A stretch of DNA of 63,469 bases, the filler included, from Guillardia theta CCMP2712 (lineage: Eukaryota; Protista; Cryptophyta): NCBI RefSeq assembly GCF_000315625.1. It is 4 parts of 4 records of this genome, joined end to end, with 100 filler letters (N's around TTAATTAATTAA, not from the genome) between each part and the next. Parts side by side here need not be neighbours in the genome. Positions count along the whole stretch, not along the records: positions 44,921 to 61,661 come from NW_005434526.1; positions 61,762 to 63,469 come from NW_005434048.1; 2 more parts are not named here. The stretch is one strand, 5' to 3'. The position numbers and the translations under genes were made by a program. Shown here piece by piece: positions 50,082 through 63,015 of the stretch. Numbering within the stretch: position 1 is the first letter of the stretch; each line of letters starts with the position of its first letter. A model generated the notes under the pieces. That model was not told the DNA's origin and did no database searches. It worked only from the letters and a program-made list of their open reading frames with translations.

Positions 50082-52966
50082 TATCGTCGTCGTCGTCGTC
50101 ATCATCATCATCATCAACAACAACAACATCGTCGTCGTCATCATCATCATCATCGTCGTCATCATCATCATCCTACCTGACATCTTCTGCGCCTTGCGGT
50201 AAGACTTGAGGAGCATAGGTGAGGGCAGCGATCGGGAAGCTACTTCGAGTCAGGCGAACCATGAGAGAAGGGGGGAGGAGGTGAGAGGAGAGAAAGGAGT
50301 AGGAGGCGAACCTCGAGGAACCTCTCGGCGGAGGTAGAGGATGGCAGCGTTCACAAGCTGCATGGGCATTGCGGCAGCCTTGACGAGGTTCTGAGCAAGG
50401 AGCTCCGAGTACAGCTGAACAAGATCAGCACAAGGGGGAGGACAGGACGACAAGAGAGCAAGGAAGCGGGAGAAGGAGGGGAGAGGAGAGGAGAGAGAAC
50501 TGAAGAGGAGGGGAGGGAGGGAGGGAGGGAGGGAGGGAGGGGAGGGAGGGAGGGAGGGAGGGAGGGAGGGAGGGAGGGGAGGGAGGGAGGGAGGGAGGGA
50601 GGGAGGGAGGGAGGGAGGGAGGGAGGGAGGGAGGGAGGGAGGGAGGGAGGGAGGGNNNNNNNNNNNNNNNNNNNNNNNNNNNNNNNNNNNNNNNNNNNNN
50701 NNNNNNNNNNNNNNNNNNNNNNNNNNNNNNNNNNNNNNNNNNNNNNNNNNNNNNNTTGCTGCCGGCCAGGAGAGCAGGGAGGGGAAGTACTGCTCGAGCA
50801 TGTAGGAGATCATCTGCACCGCTCTCAGGCCATCTACCTCCTCCCTCCTCCCTCCTCCCTCCTCCCTCCTCCCTCCTCCCTCCTCCCTCCTTCTCGTCCT
50901 GCTGCTTCCCTCTCACCTGGACTGTCTTCCACCGGCCCTGTGCCGTGATCATGGCCATGGTTGTGCTGTAGGCAAAGAGTCCGAGGTGTCGGGGATAGGA
51001 AACCATGAGGTCTGCACGTAGAGTCAGGATGAGATCGAGGGGCAAGAACCAACTGAGGAGGCGGGAGGAGGGAGGCGGGAGGGAGGAGGAGCTGTAAAGT
51101 GAGATTACCCCGGAATGCGACGAGGAAGGAGACAAACTTCGCAATCAAGAGATTTCCTGAGTCGTACAACTACTTGTGGTGAGAGAGGAGTGGAGCAGAG
51201 CAACGAGAAGGAGGGGAGGGAAGAGAAGGACAGGAGAGTGAAGAGGAGATGAGAAGAAGAGCAGAGGGACGTAGAGGCGGGGGACGAGAAAGGGAGGAAA
51301 AGGAGACTGAGAGGAGGGAGGGGATAGAGGAAACGGCTGTCGAGTGGGAGGGAGAGCAGCATCGAGGGGAGAACCTCGAGGATGATTCGCCAGACAGCAT
51401 CCTGAAGCTTGTGGAGCATCGCGTCGATCCTCTTGAGCAGTAGGGCAGGGTTGCTGCAGGAAAGTTGGCGAAGAGAGGGGGAGAGAGAGTTGAGGTACCG
51501 GACGGATGTCGAGAGGAACCGGAGGAAGCTCACGGCGAGTCGCTGCACATATTTGAGGAGCTTGTAAAGCGACTGCAGCGACGTCAGAGAAGGAGGAGAG
51601 AGGGGGAAGAGGACGAGCAGTGGGATGAGGGCGAGAAGAGGGAGGGGGATGAGGATGAGCTGAAAGTGAGAGAGGAGGCGAGGTGACGACGAGGAGACGA
51701 GAGGAGCAGTAGCCTGACCTGAGGGGTGGACATTTTCATCAGCTCCTCGGCAAACACAGAAATCTTTTTCATGAGGCCGTAGACCTGCGCGACCCGAGCT
51801 GGAGGAGGAGATGAGAGGAAAGTGAGACAAGGGGAGAGAAGGTACCCAGGACAATGAAGAAGGACGCGAAGAAAGCGACCGTAAGGGGGAGCAGAAACTG
51901 CGGTTGAAAGTTAACAGGAAAGGAGGTAGAGGAGAGGTGAAAGTGCATAAAGGAAAGCAGAAGGGTGGGCAAGGGGAGTAGGGTTGGGTATAGGCGAGGA
52001 AGGAGGGAGGAGGACGAGAGATGAGAAGAGGCGAGGACAGGAGAGGACAGGAGAAGGTCGTACCTTGTGTGGTACTCTAGAGGAAATGAGCTCGTAGAGT
52101 TCAGCAGGCAGCCCATTGAGATGCTGAAACCCCTTGCGAAGGGGCTGGGAGATTTGAGTGCTGCGCTCATAGAGCAGAGATCGCCTGCCCGCCGATCAGA
52201 GACAACAAGCCACACAGCATGTAAGACCCGTGCGAAACCAACGAAGTAACTGACTCAGACGCGCTTCTTGCTCGCTTCAACAGTCTCTGAGAGGAAAGAA
52301 GGTGAGGTGCCAAGATTGAGAGAGGGGAGGGGAGGGAGGTGAGCGGGAAAGAGATGGGAAAGAGAGGGAGGAGCGATGGGGAAGGGGGAAGGGGGGAGAG
52401 GGGAGAGGGAAGAGGGGGAAGTGAGGAGGAGGGGAGAGGGGGGAACGAGTGGAGAGCAAGGGGAGAAGAGAGGAGGAGGACAGGAGGGGAGAAGAGAGGA
52501 GGACAGGAGGGGAGAGGCAGAAAGTACCTGACTGAACGAGGTGGCCTCCTCTGCCGCCGAAGGTTCACCGGACGCTCTAACCGTCAAGGTTCAGTCCCTG
52601 AAGGTTCACGGGGAGCAAGTCAAGACCTTCGTTTTCTCGTCTGTGCTGGGCCTTCTGCCTTGGACTTGTTGCTTGCTGCTACACCTGCAACCCCTCAGAC
52701 GAACTCGCTCCCTCCCCTTTCTCAGTACCTCCTCGCAAACATAAATTTCTGGGCAAGGGGAGGACAGGGCTTGACAGCAGGTCGATGCTCCTGACAAGAG
52801 GGGTAGGGGGAAGCGAGTTGAGCCTTCGGAGACGATGAGCATGCAGACTTCCGTCCAATCCAGTGACGGAACAGCAGAACATGACGATCAGGAGGCTAGG
52901 CAGGAGAAAACGATAGACCCTTTCCATGCTCTGGGTCGTTGTAGCTTTCATCATTCGATTCATCAT
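49610..52966 (-). CDS. Hypothetical multi-exon protein with signal peptide and LCLRGG motif
   Basis: FLLPSLLIVMFCCSVTG signal; spliced RNLCLRG|GVAAS; a series of coding-like exons separated by CT-rich introns, ending MEPLKNLFS*. Confidence 0.6.
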
Positions 52967-53679
52967 CGGCAACCAGGGAGGGGCTCTGGGATTTGATCAA
53001 GAGTGCAGGTTGATGGTTGGAAGAGAGTCAGAAACTTGAGGGCCAAAGTCTGTCAAGATATCTAGTTCGACCCATTCTCAACCCCAGATTCAAAATTCCT
53101 TTCGCTCCCACCCTCCCTGCAGCAATGGTCAAGAACCAAGAAACAGCATAGATACGAGGCTTCAACTTTTGCTTGTCTACGTTATACAGAGATTGCTTCA
53201 AAGTCATGTCATGTCATCTAAAATGCACCATTTGAAAGCGGTCCTGAGAATGGAGAAGGAGCAGGCATTCAGAGATTTCAACGGTACGTCTGAGATCACT
53301 ATCTCCTTCTTCTCAGACAAGGAAACCATGAGTCTCATCCGCCTGATCTCATCGCACCAGGTCCACTGCCCCCTTACACTCTCGTCCTCGGTCCTTGGAT
53401 TTTCTCTTCCTTTACCCTTTCCCTGTTCCCCTCCCTTCCCATCCACTAGCCTCCTCTCCCTTTCAACTCCATCCCCCTCAGCACACACTGAGTGTCGTCA
53501 TTCTGAATGTCTTCATCTCTACTCTCCTCTCTCCCCTCCCCTCCTCTCCTCTCCTCTCCTCTCCTCTCCTCTCCCCTCCCATTCTCTTTCCCCTCAACAT
53601 CCGCTTTGCATGGGGCGGATCTGCCGTTACGAGTCCTTCCGTTACAACGACGGTTACCAAAACGAATTTTACGTTCAAC

Positions 53680-54145
53680 TTCTGACTCAGTGAGGGCCCG
53701 GGGCTTGACAGTGAGTGAACTCAGTCGGCCCGGTGACTCCCCGGGCCCGGGGTACGGTACGCGGTACGTCGGGCCGTGACCGGTGGCGTCCAGCGGCGGC
53801 GAGTCGGGCCGGGTTTGAAGAAGGTCTTCCACAGCCTGGAACACACTTGAAGTCGAAGATCATGATGGCATGCGAGTGGTGGAGGTCGTTGTGATCGGAA
53901 TCTTTCGTGACTCGAGTCGTGACTGAACGGTATATGCACTCTAGGCTGCCAGCCTCCGACTCGGTTGGCCCTGCTAGTCATGACCGTAGGGGCCGGGCCG
54001 GGCCGCTGCGCCGCGATCGGCCCCGGGGACGGTCGGACGGTCCGATTGACTCAGAGTCAGTGAGCGGCCGGGCGTCACAGTGGTGCTCGTGACCGGCGGC
54101 GGGCCCGGGGCGGCCTCGGATCGGATCGGACAGTCGGAGGTGGGG
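53680..54145. repeat. CpG-dense palindrome-rich dispersed element
   Basis: CCCCGGGCCCGGGG, GACTCGAGTC, TGACTCAGAGTCA and (TCGGA)n; composition differs sharply from the flanks. Confidence 0.65.
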
Positions 54146-54207
54146 GCGATTTGAGGAATTGCGGCTCCTTGCATGGAATGATGATAACAAGCGCAAAACA
54201 AACATTT

Positions 54208-57200
54208 TCAAGAACATGCAGCGGCAAAGTAAGAAGTAGCCAGCGGGAGACTGTCGACATGAACGGTCAACAGCTGACGGTGGCGGGCAGCAAGAACGAA
54301 CCTCAAGTCCGGCTGCGACCTCCAACAGCCTTCCATGCTCGAGCCATCCAAGATGAGTCGTTCCACATCCTTGACCTGACCGAGGATCTTCATCCTTCCC
54401 GCTCCCAACTCACATGGACGCACCTGATCCTTGCCATCATTCCCGCCGATAGCCAGGAGCTCGCCATTGAAGGTGAGGAGGATGCAGTTGCGGCTGCAGG
54501 GCAGGTCAGTCACTTTGCATCGCTGGATCGGAGCTACCGAGGGCTCTTGAGGTCTGGCGCAGACACCCAGGCACAAGCTGAAGCATCGTACCTCTCCTAC
54601 ACCGCCAGTCAAGCTGTTTCCTCTCCCAAGTTGTCCTCCCCATCCCCCTCCTCCTCCTCCTACATCCCCATCCCCCTCCCTCCATCCCCTTCCCCTCCTC
54701 CTGACTCACCGAAGTTCTCAACCATTCCGCCCACATGGAATCGAAGCCACCAGCAGCGAACCTGCAGGAGTATGTCAGGTGGAGGTGAGGCGAAGGAAGC
54801 AGGAAGAGCAGGAGCAATGCAAGACAAGACGGGAGGAGACGGCCGAAGGACTCACATCTGCCCGTTGACTACGGCAACTCCCAAGTTCTCCCTTCGCGTT
54901 GTCATGCCTGAGGAGAGGGGAGGTCAAGGAAGGAGTGTGCGAGGGGAGCGCGTGCGGGGTCAGGAGGGATCTTACCAGCAACGGGAACCCATCTATCCTC
55001 CCAGGGATTGTACTTCTCTACACTCCTCTGCAACGCCCAGCAGTCAGTCTCAATCGCAATCGCCCGAGATAGCCCCCTGTACCTGAGACATCTGTCCATC
55101 TGTAGACTTGGTAAGCAGGAGACACAGCGAGCAGGGAGCTAAACTCACCCGATCCTCCGACAGCATAGATAGAACCATTGAGGGCGCACGCCCCAAACGC
55201 AGATCTGAGATGGAGCATGAGAAGAGGCAGCAGGCAATCGAAACTTCTGATCAACCTCGGTGCTGAAAGACTCGCCACTTCCTCCCATTCATCTTTCGCG
55301 GCATCATACCTCTCAACCTGTTCAAACGACGGGGAATCAAGGCAGGAGTAACGGGGGCATGACGGTACCTGACGCAGCCAATCTTGTCCGTCAAATCCTC
55401 CCATCACGTAGAGGAACCCTGAATGTCCCGATGTGGTCAGACCTTGACAGCTCAACTCTGCTTGTCATACCATCCAGAACGGCAAGAGCTGGGCTGGCAC
55501 GAGGAATCCTCAGGTCGGCAACGCGCACCCATCTGTGGATCAACCACGTCAGACGCGCTGCCAGTCTTCCTCATGCTCACCGTCCGAGCGAGACGTCGAG
55601 TCGCTCAACCGAGGAGAGGACGCTTCGCCCATCCCAGCCCCCCACCACATACAGTTCGCCATTGAGGACCTGCAGGAGCGCAAGGCCGTCAGGATGAGGA
55701 GGCCAGCATGTCGCATCGTGTACCGCTGCTCGAGCCGAGACTCTCGGGCGGATCATGTCAGGCCCTGCTTCCCAATTGCCTGACATCCTGCAAAGACGCC
55801 TCAGCCACTGGGGGCCCCCCTTCCCCCCTCATCCCTCCACCTGTCGTAGATGATGGTGTTGGCTGTCGTCGCGTTGTCCATGTCCCTTCTCCCACCACAG
55901 ATGAAGAGAAACCTCCCGGGCTCCAGCAGCTGTGCAAGTCAACCAACCGGTGAGTTCCCTCTCTTCCCTCGCTGCCCTCACACCCTCCCACCTGCTCTGC
56001 TCCAGGTCGAGTTCCTCCTCGCGGCCCCGACCCGAACCGCATGTTGCGGACATAGGAGGAGAGCTGGTTCCCTGCAGCAGGGCCCTCCAGCAGGCCCTTG
56101 ACAGCCGATGCGATCAGAGGAGCTCCGCGCTTCGCCATAATGCGAGCGATGCACTCGAACACGAAGATGAGCAGCTGGCCGATGCTGAAGATGGAGCCTG
56201 CCGCTCCTGCGAACGCGCTCACCAGCAGCCGGATGACTGCGATGTCTCCCGGGCTGTTCCACGTGGGTCGAACGCCATCGACGGCAGGGACGACAGAGGT
56301 GGCAAACGGGTTGGCAGGCCGGACTTCCGAGCTCACGGGAGGGCTGGAGCCCCACAGGCGATTCAAGAAGCTGTACAAGGGGCCAAGGGGAGTCCCGTTG
56401 CTGTTGCTGTCACTGGGCATGGGGTTGATAGGAGGAGGAGGAGGCTCCCACTGAACTGTCGGGGGGTTGTTGTTGCAGTTGATGTAGAAGAACGCCTGGC
56501 GGTTCAGGTCCCATTGTTTCGCCCAACCAGGAGGTAGCGGAAGGTCTCTGGGAGCTCCTGCTGTAGCACTAGGAGCATTGATGCTCCCCAGGGCTCGTTC
56601 CAGATGCGCAATGCTCTCTTTGGCCCGCAGCAACTCTGCGTTGACTTGCGATGCTGGCAGTTGCCCCATCTGATTCTGACTCTGTTGGCCAAGGAAGCCC
56701 GTAGCGCCTTGATTCAGTCCGCTCACAGGAGGAGCTTGCGCGTTGGGTGAGAAGACAGAACTTTGAGGATTAGATGATCCCATGGTGAAAGAGTTCCTCG
56801 ATGGGTCAAAGAGCGAGCTCGGTTGTAGCGAAGGCGGCTGGCTCGGGTTGCCAAAGAGCGAAGAAGCCTGCGGTGCAGAGTTGGATGCTCCTCCGAACGT
56901 AGACCCTCCGCTTCCCATCGGTCCACCAAACAAGGAGGGCTGGGAGGGCTGGGAGTTGTTGGCCTCGTTGCCAAAAAGAGAGCTCCCTCCAAGATTTCCG
57001 AAGATGGACCCTGACGACCCCGGCAAGTTGCTGAAGAACGAGGGTTTGTCCTGTTGAGTCTGTTGTACAGGGTTGTTCAAGGAGCCAAAGAGACCTGAAG
57101 ACTGCTGAGGAGGGTTCTGCTGTCCCTGCTGACCTCCAAACAGTCCTGTGGAGCTTCCTCCGAAGAGGCTCGATCCTCCAAGTCCACTGGACTGCCCGGT

Positions 57201-57581
57201 CAGTCCACCTGAACCGAAACCGCCTGGCGCTGACGAGCCTTGCGGCATGCTTCCTCCAAACATCGAGCTCGATCCTCCGGCGTTCTGATTTGATCCTCCA
57301 AAGATGCTGAAGGGGTTAGAACTCTGCTGAGGCTGCTGCTGCTGCTGCTGCTGTGGCTGAGACGATGAGGCGGAGGTTGCGAAGGGATTGAAGGTGCCTG
57401 TTAGGGTGAGAGAAGGTCAGAGCCTACAAGGAAGCATGATTGTCAGCGAGTTACTTTGCTGTTGCTCTCCGAATTTGAATGGAGAACCTTGTTGTTGCGT
57501 TTCAGAGAAAAATCCTCGGACAGGAGACTGTAGCACGTAGAAAATCTTGTTCAGCTCTGGAGAAGCTCGCAATATACAATA

Positions 57582-57633
<52 letters not shown>

Positions 57634-58028
57634 ATTGAATCCAAATGGGTTCAAGGTCGGGGAGGTTTGTTGTAGAGGACTTGTCGGGAACAAGCTTTGG
57701 CCCTATCGGTCGTATCAGCACATGTGAACATTTCTCAAGAGATGGCAACCGGCGGGTTAGCAGTGGGTGAGTTGATGCCGAACAGATTGCTTCCTTGCGG
57801 CTGCGGCGAGCCCCAGAAGTTTGCGCTCCCACCCCGAAGACGCAAGCATGGACCACCCTCCTCGCCAAGCTTCAAGCCTGATTCATGCACTAACGCCTTG
57901 CCTCTGGTGCCGGGGGGATCGAGACGGTGCAAGAGGTGCCCTGTGTCTCTGTAGACTTCAGTAGAGATGGTGGTTGTCAAAAAGAAGAAGATGGCGAGGA
58001 TTTGCAGCTGAGGCTTCTTCAAAGGCAT
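54208..58028 (-). CDS. Signal peptide + LRLRGG + FG-repeat + WW + Kelch-repeat protein
   Basis: Spliced frame is continuous from MPLKKPQLQILAIFFFL through many SLFG/GLFG repeats, WW (LPPGWAKQWDLNRQAFFYINCN...VQWEPP) and Kelch blades (LYVVGGWDG, LYVMGGFDG, IYAVGGS, LLAIGGNDG). Confidence 0.8.
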
Positions 58029-59304
58029 TCTTTCTTGGCGCGTCTTCAACTCTTAGCAGATGTTTGACTTCAAGACGTGACTTATGACGAACCCCAAAGA
58101 CACACAGGAAACGCAGAACCTTCAAGCTCAAGTTGCATCTCGAGCAGTAAAATCACAAAATCCTGAAAGAGAACATGTTAGACTTGAAGCGAATGAGCCG
58201 CACGAATGGCAACTCGTAGCAGAGCGAGCCAGGGGGCGGAAGCAGACACAAGCGAGTGAAGGAGCACTAGGGCACAGCATGTGCTGCAGGAGACCTAATC
58301 TCGTCACATCCTCTTCAATCTTCACTTTTCAAGTAACTTGCCGCCTTGGCCCCTCCCTTCCACGAGGCAAAGGACAGGTGCAGCATATTCTCCATAACAA
58401 GTCTCCCAGCAACCCATCAGCCACCTCAACACAAACACCCTGACAAAGGGAGCGGGCATCAACCAGACCCTTCCATGCAGAGACTCTGCTTCTCATCCTG
58501 CTCCTAATCCTCCTCTGTCCTCCTCCTCCTCCATCTCTCCCGCCTCCCTTCTCTGTCCTCCCTTCCAGCCATTCCCCCCTCCTCTCCCGCCAAACTCCCC
58601 TCATCCCCTCCTTCAAGCCCTCATCCCCCCATCACCCCCACATGCCGGGGCCCGGCCCAGCCCGCTTCTGCCTCCCCGATGACTGCCCCGATGACTCAGA
58701 GTAAATCAGGTCATCCATCTTCCTGGTTTCTTCGGTCTTGCAAGGAACACCTACCCCACTCTAGATTTTCCTCAACTACTTCCATGTCAGTACCCCCCTT
58801 TTCCACTGTATTAGTACCCGTCATCATCCTCTATGAACCACCCCTACCCAGCTGACTTCATGTCGCACCCCTACAGCAACTGGAGGCGATCAACTACTTT
58901 GTACCGTTGACTACCCCTGGGACCCACCCTCACGTTCATGGAGTACCCCAATTTTACTGGTTTGAATGAGGGGTACATATTGTTTTGTTGGTCCCACCAA
59001 CCTGGCATACCCCACCCCCTCAAGGAACCTTCCCGGACCCTTGACCCCACCCACTACTCCTCACCTACCTTGCCACCTTTTGACCCCTACCCTATCCATT
59101 TCGCTGTCTGAGTCTACTTTACCCTGCACCCCTGGTAGAATTCGAATCACCCCACCCTACTTCGCTGCCCATTCACCGGATCGTATGGTCATTCCATGAC
59201 CCACCCACCCACCCACCCACCCACCAGGTGTTCCAGGTCTACTCCACCCCACCCCCTTGCCCTCCCATTTCCCCATACCTCCGCTAGTATGCAGCAGGCA
59301 GGGA

Positions 59305-62300
59305 ATGGGAGATAGCAGTGGAGGGTCCCGCGTCAGCTCCTCCTCATCTTCTCTCCTTCCCTCATCACCTCCTTCCATATCTCCACACTTTACATCCTCC
59401 TTCTCAAGCTCTACCTGTGCCACTTCTTGCCCACCCTCGGAATTACCATCCACGGTTTTGAAAGTGAACTGCGATTTTTCAAACGTGCTCGACAGTGCTG
59501 CCAAAGCTGAAGCAGACTTCTTGCAGCCCACCCAGAACTCAACAAGGTCAAACTCGATTGACTCTAACTCCAGCCAGCTGCTGCATGGTGGGACGTCTTA
59601 TGACTTGAGCCTCTTCGAGCTGAAGCTCATCTGTGATGACTACGGGGCCTTCTGCCATCAGTTAGGGACAGAGCAGGTAGAGATCTCGCAAGCAAAAGAT
59701 CATCCAGCTGTGCTGCAAGAGAGTGAACCCAAGAACCTCCTTGATTGGATGGTGATGCTAGCAGCAGACCCAATGCACATCGTCTCTCGGACTTCATCCT
59801 GTTCTGTTGATTCCCTTCCGGCCAGTTCTCTCGACAACGAGCCGCCGATGCCTATGGAGGGATCAGGAGGGGAGCTGAGAGATGACATGGTACTGTCTGA
59901 CGGCAGCAGGGGACATGAAGACGTTGATGACCATCATCACAGCTCGAGTGACCGAGACGACCCGGTTAACGAGTCGCCGGAGGACGAGCAAGCTCAGAGC
60001 AAGGGACTGCTGCACGAGGAGGAGGAAAGGTCGATTTCTCATTCCGTCAAAAACATCCGGGAAGTTTCTCCACGCAATCATGATGATCCCGCGGCAGAGA
60101 AAGCTGGGACGGAGGCCGCGGTCCAGTCCCCAGACAGCAAGAATGCTGGCAGGGTTTCCAGTGGGGAGGTCATGGGCGAGCAGGCTTTGGAGCGGCAGCC
60201 ATGCAAGATAACCTCAGAGTCTGAGATCATCAAGAACGCAGAGAAGGAGTCTGTGTTCCATGACGAGTCTTCCATCAGCTTCCATGGCAACTTGAAGGTC
60301 GAAGCTCTGCTCGCTGAAAACGTTGTGTTGATGTTTGACATGCAGCGCTGGAAAGCTCTTGTGGACAAGAAAGATCCTGTGAACTCCTTGAGCTCTACGC
60401 CTCAACGAGCAGAGAATTCTGTCAAGCGAAGGAACAGCAAGACCAAGTCGGATGATGAGAGTGCAGGTGAAGGCTTGTGGCTTGCCTCCCCTCGTTGTGT
60501 GAAGCAGTTTGCAGTGTGTGATGAGGTGCAGAAGCAAGCTCCTTCAGGAGAAGATCGAACAGTGTCGAGGTGAAGAGGAGGAAGCTTGTCCTCGCAAGTG
60601 ACATTCCCGTTGTCAGCTCCGAGGTGGTCGTTGAAGAGCACAGTTCGTCCGACGAGTACGACGAGGTTGGTGACTGCCGTGCTGGGTGTTGGGTCGCTGA
60701 GTGGGAACAACAGATACCAGATTTACAAGTGTATAACGAATCTCCCAAGTGGGGAATCAACCATGGAGAGAGGGTGGAGGTGATGTTGTCCCCATCGCTG
60801 GAAGAGTTTTCCAAGGATGAACAGTCTCGGTCGGACCTGTCGGGCTTCCCCGATGGGAATGAAAGCTTGACATCCTTGAGTTTTGCCGTCAACACCTCGG
60901 CTGCATACAGAGACACAAGCATGCAGGAGGACGAGGAGGAGAAAGGCGCAGAGGAAGTGAACTCATACGACTGGAAGGATCGTCAGGATACCAACGAGGT
61001 TGTACAGAGCGGAGGAAACGTACTGGAAATGGCGGAAGAGGAGAAGAGGAAGAGGATTGAAGGAAGGGCAGTGAAGATGGAGGAAGCGCGAGGTAAGCTA
61101 CTTGTCGCGTCACTCTTGGTCTCACAGCATCTACAGCGGTAGAAGCGTCCTGCCTGGGGAGGCACGGCATCGCAGCGAAAGACGTCTGCCATGTGAGCTT
61201 CCTGTCTCGTCCTTCTTCTCTGATTCAGACACAAAGGAATTGGAATGGCACTGCACACGCCATACCAAGAGGGCGCTGGCACTTAAGAAGAAGGTGAGGA
61301 GCAGGAGCAGGAGCAGGAGGAGGGATCGACTTGTGGGCTAACTCACCATTCCATGTCAGTCCAAGCTTCGTTTGCACGTCGACGTCTTGGGGAGGATGCG
61401 CTTGTTTCGAGCGAGTTATCTTCTCAGACGCGATGAGAGCTGTCCTCCTGCTATCAGCTACTCGCGCAGGGACGAGAAGCGTCCTGAAGGGCCCGGACGT
61501 AGGAAGTTTTTCGGCTCAACTTCCAAGTCTCCGAGCCGCAAGGTATGGTAGCGAAGCAAGAGTTTGTGGATTGGGGGGGGGGGGGGGGAGAGGCAGGCGG
61601 GAGGAGGGAGAGGACGAGACGAGACGAGGAAGGAGGGCCAGGTGGAGTTGGAGAATGAGGANNNNNNNNNNNNNNNNNNNNNNNNNNNNNNNNNNNNNNN
61701 NNNNNTTAATTAATTAANNNNNNNNNNNNNNNNNNNNNNNNNNNNNNNNNNNNNNNNNNNNCCTTTTTCGCCTCCCTCGCTCCTCGCTCCTCCCTGCTCC
61801 TCCCCCGCCCCCCCCCCCCAACCTGCTGCTGCTCTTCCTCCTAAATCACCCTCGCTGCCGGCAGATCTACCGTGGCGCGTATGTGGGCATGAAGGTGCGG
61901 GAGCTACTTGGGCTGGACCAGGATGCAACGGCACGAGCCCTTGGCTTCATCGAACATCACATGCAGACTGAGCAGAAGCACCTGGAGGTACCTCCTGCCC
62001 CTGCTCCTTTTCTACCTATTCCTCTTCTACCTGCCCTCTACCTGCCCTCGTCTCCCTGCCCCTGCTCTTCCTCTACCTGTTCGTCCTCTACCTGCCACTC
62101 CTCTACTTGCTCCTTCTCCTCTATCTCTCCTCTACCTGCCGTTCTTTACCTGCTCCTCCTCCTTCTGCCCCTCCTCCTTCACCTGGCCTCCTCTTCCTCT
62201 CCTCCTCCTCTCCCTCACAATCTCCTCCCTTTCCTCCCCTTCCTTTCCTCCTCCTCTCTCCTCGCCTTCATATACTCTCTCAATCTTTCCCTTCTTCCTC

Positions 62301-62710
62301 CTCCTGCTCGTCCTCCTCTTGCTCCCTCTCTCCTCGTTCTCTTTGTCCTAGCATCCTTCCTGCACTCGTGCTATGCCTCTAACCGCTGTTTCCTCCTGCT
62401 CCTCTTGGCCCCTCCTCCCTCCTCCCTCCTCCCTCCTCCCTCCTCCCTCCTCCTCTTCCTCCTCCCTCCTCCCCCTCCTCCGCATCCTCCTCCTTACTGC
62501 TTCTCAGGTCGTCAGTCTCCTCGTCCCCCCCTCCGATCGCACGCGGCTTCTCGCTCTTTGGACCCTCTCAGCTCGTTCCCTCGGCTTTTTTCCAGCTCTC
62601 CTGGGCCCGCGAGCGCTGTCGGTATGCTGGGGCAGAAGCATCGGCTGACGTGCCGCAGGTACTGGACGATTGCAGCTGTGGAGACGTTTGTGGAGGAGCA
62701 CTACCAGGTG
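59305..62710 (+). CDS. Large hypothetical protein (acidic/Ser-rich N-terminus); continuity across the 61662-61761 gap uncertain
   Basis: 438-aa and 190-aa ORFs followed by GT-AG exons (DTKELEWHCTRH, GMKVRELLGLDQ, YWTIAAVETFVEEHYQ); no family recognised. Confidence 0.5.
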
Positions 62711-63015
62711 AAGAGGGTGGGGGAGAGGGGGAGGAAGAGGAGAAGGAGGGGAAGGGGAGGGGGAGGAGGAGATCGGGGGCTAGGGAGGGAGAGGAGGTCT
62801 AGGGAGAGGGGAGGAGGGGAGCAAGAAGGGGGGCGCACAGGGGGACGGGGTTGGGGAGGGGAATGGTCGCAGGGTCAGAGGAGGAGGATGTGGGGTGGGG
62901 AGAAGTTGGAGAGGAGGAGGAGGAGGAGGAGGAGGAGGAGGAGGAGGAGAGCTTAAGAGGTTTTTGACAGCATCAGTTTGAGCGATTGGAGGAGGAGAAA
63001 ATACTTCCAGAGGCT

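Noticed and set aside
53169-53693. Short gene fragment between the two LRGG genes
   Set aside because: Exon-like pieces can be read on either strand; strand and product are unresolved
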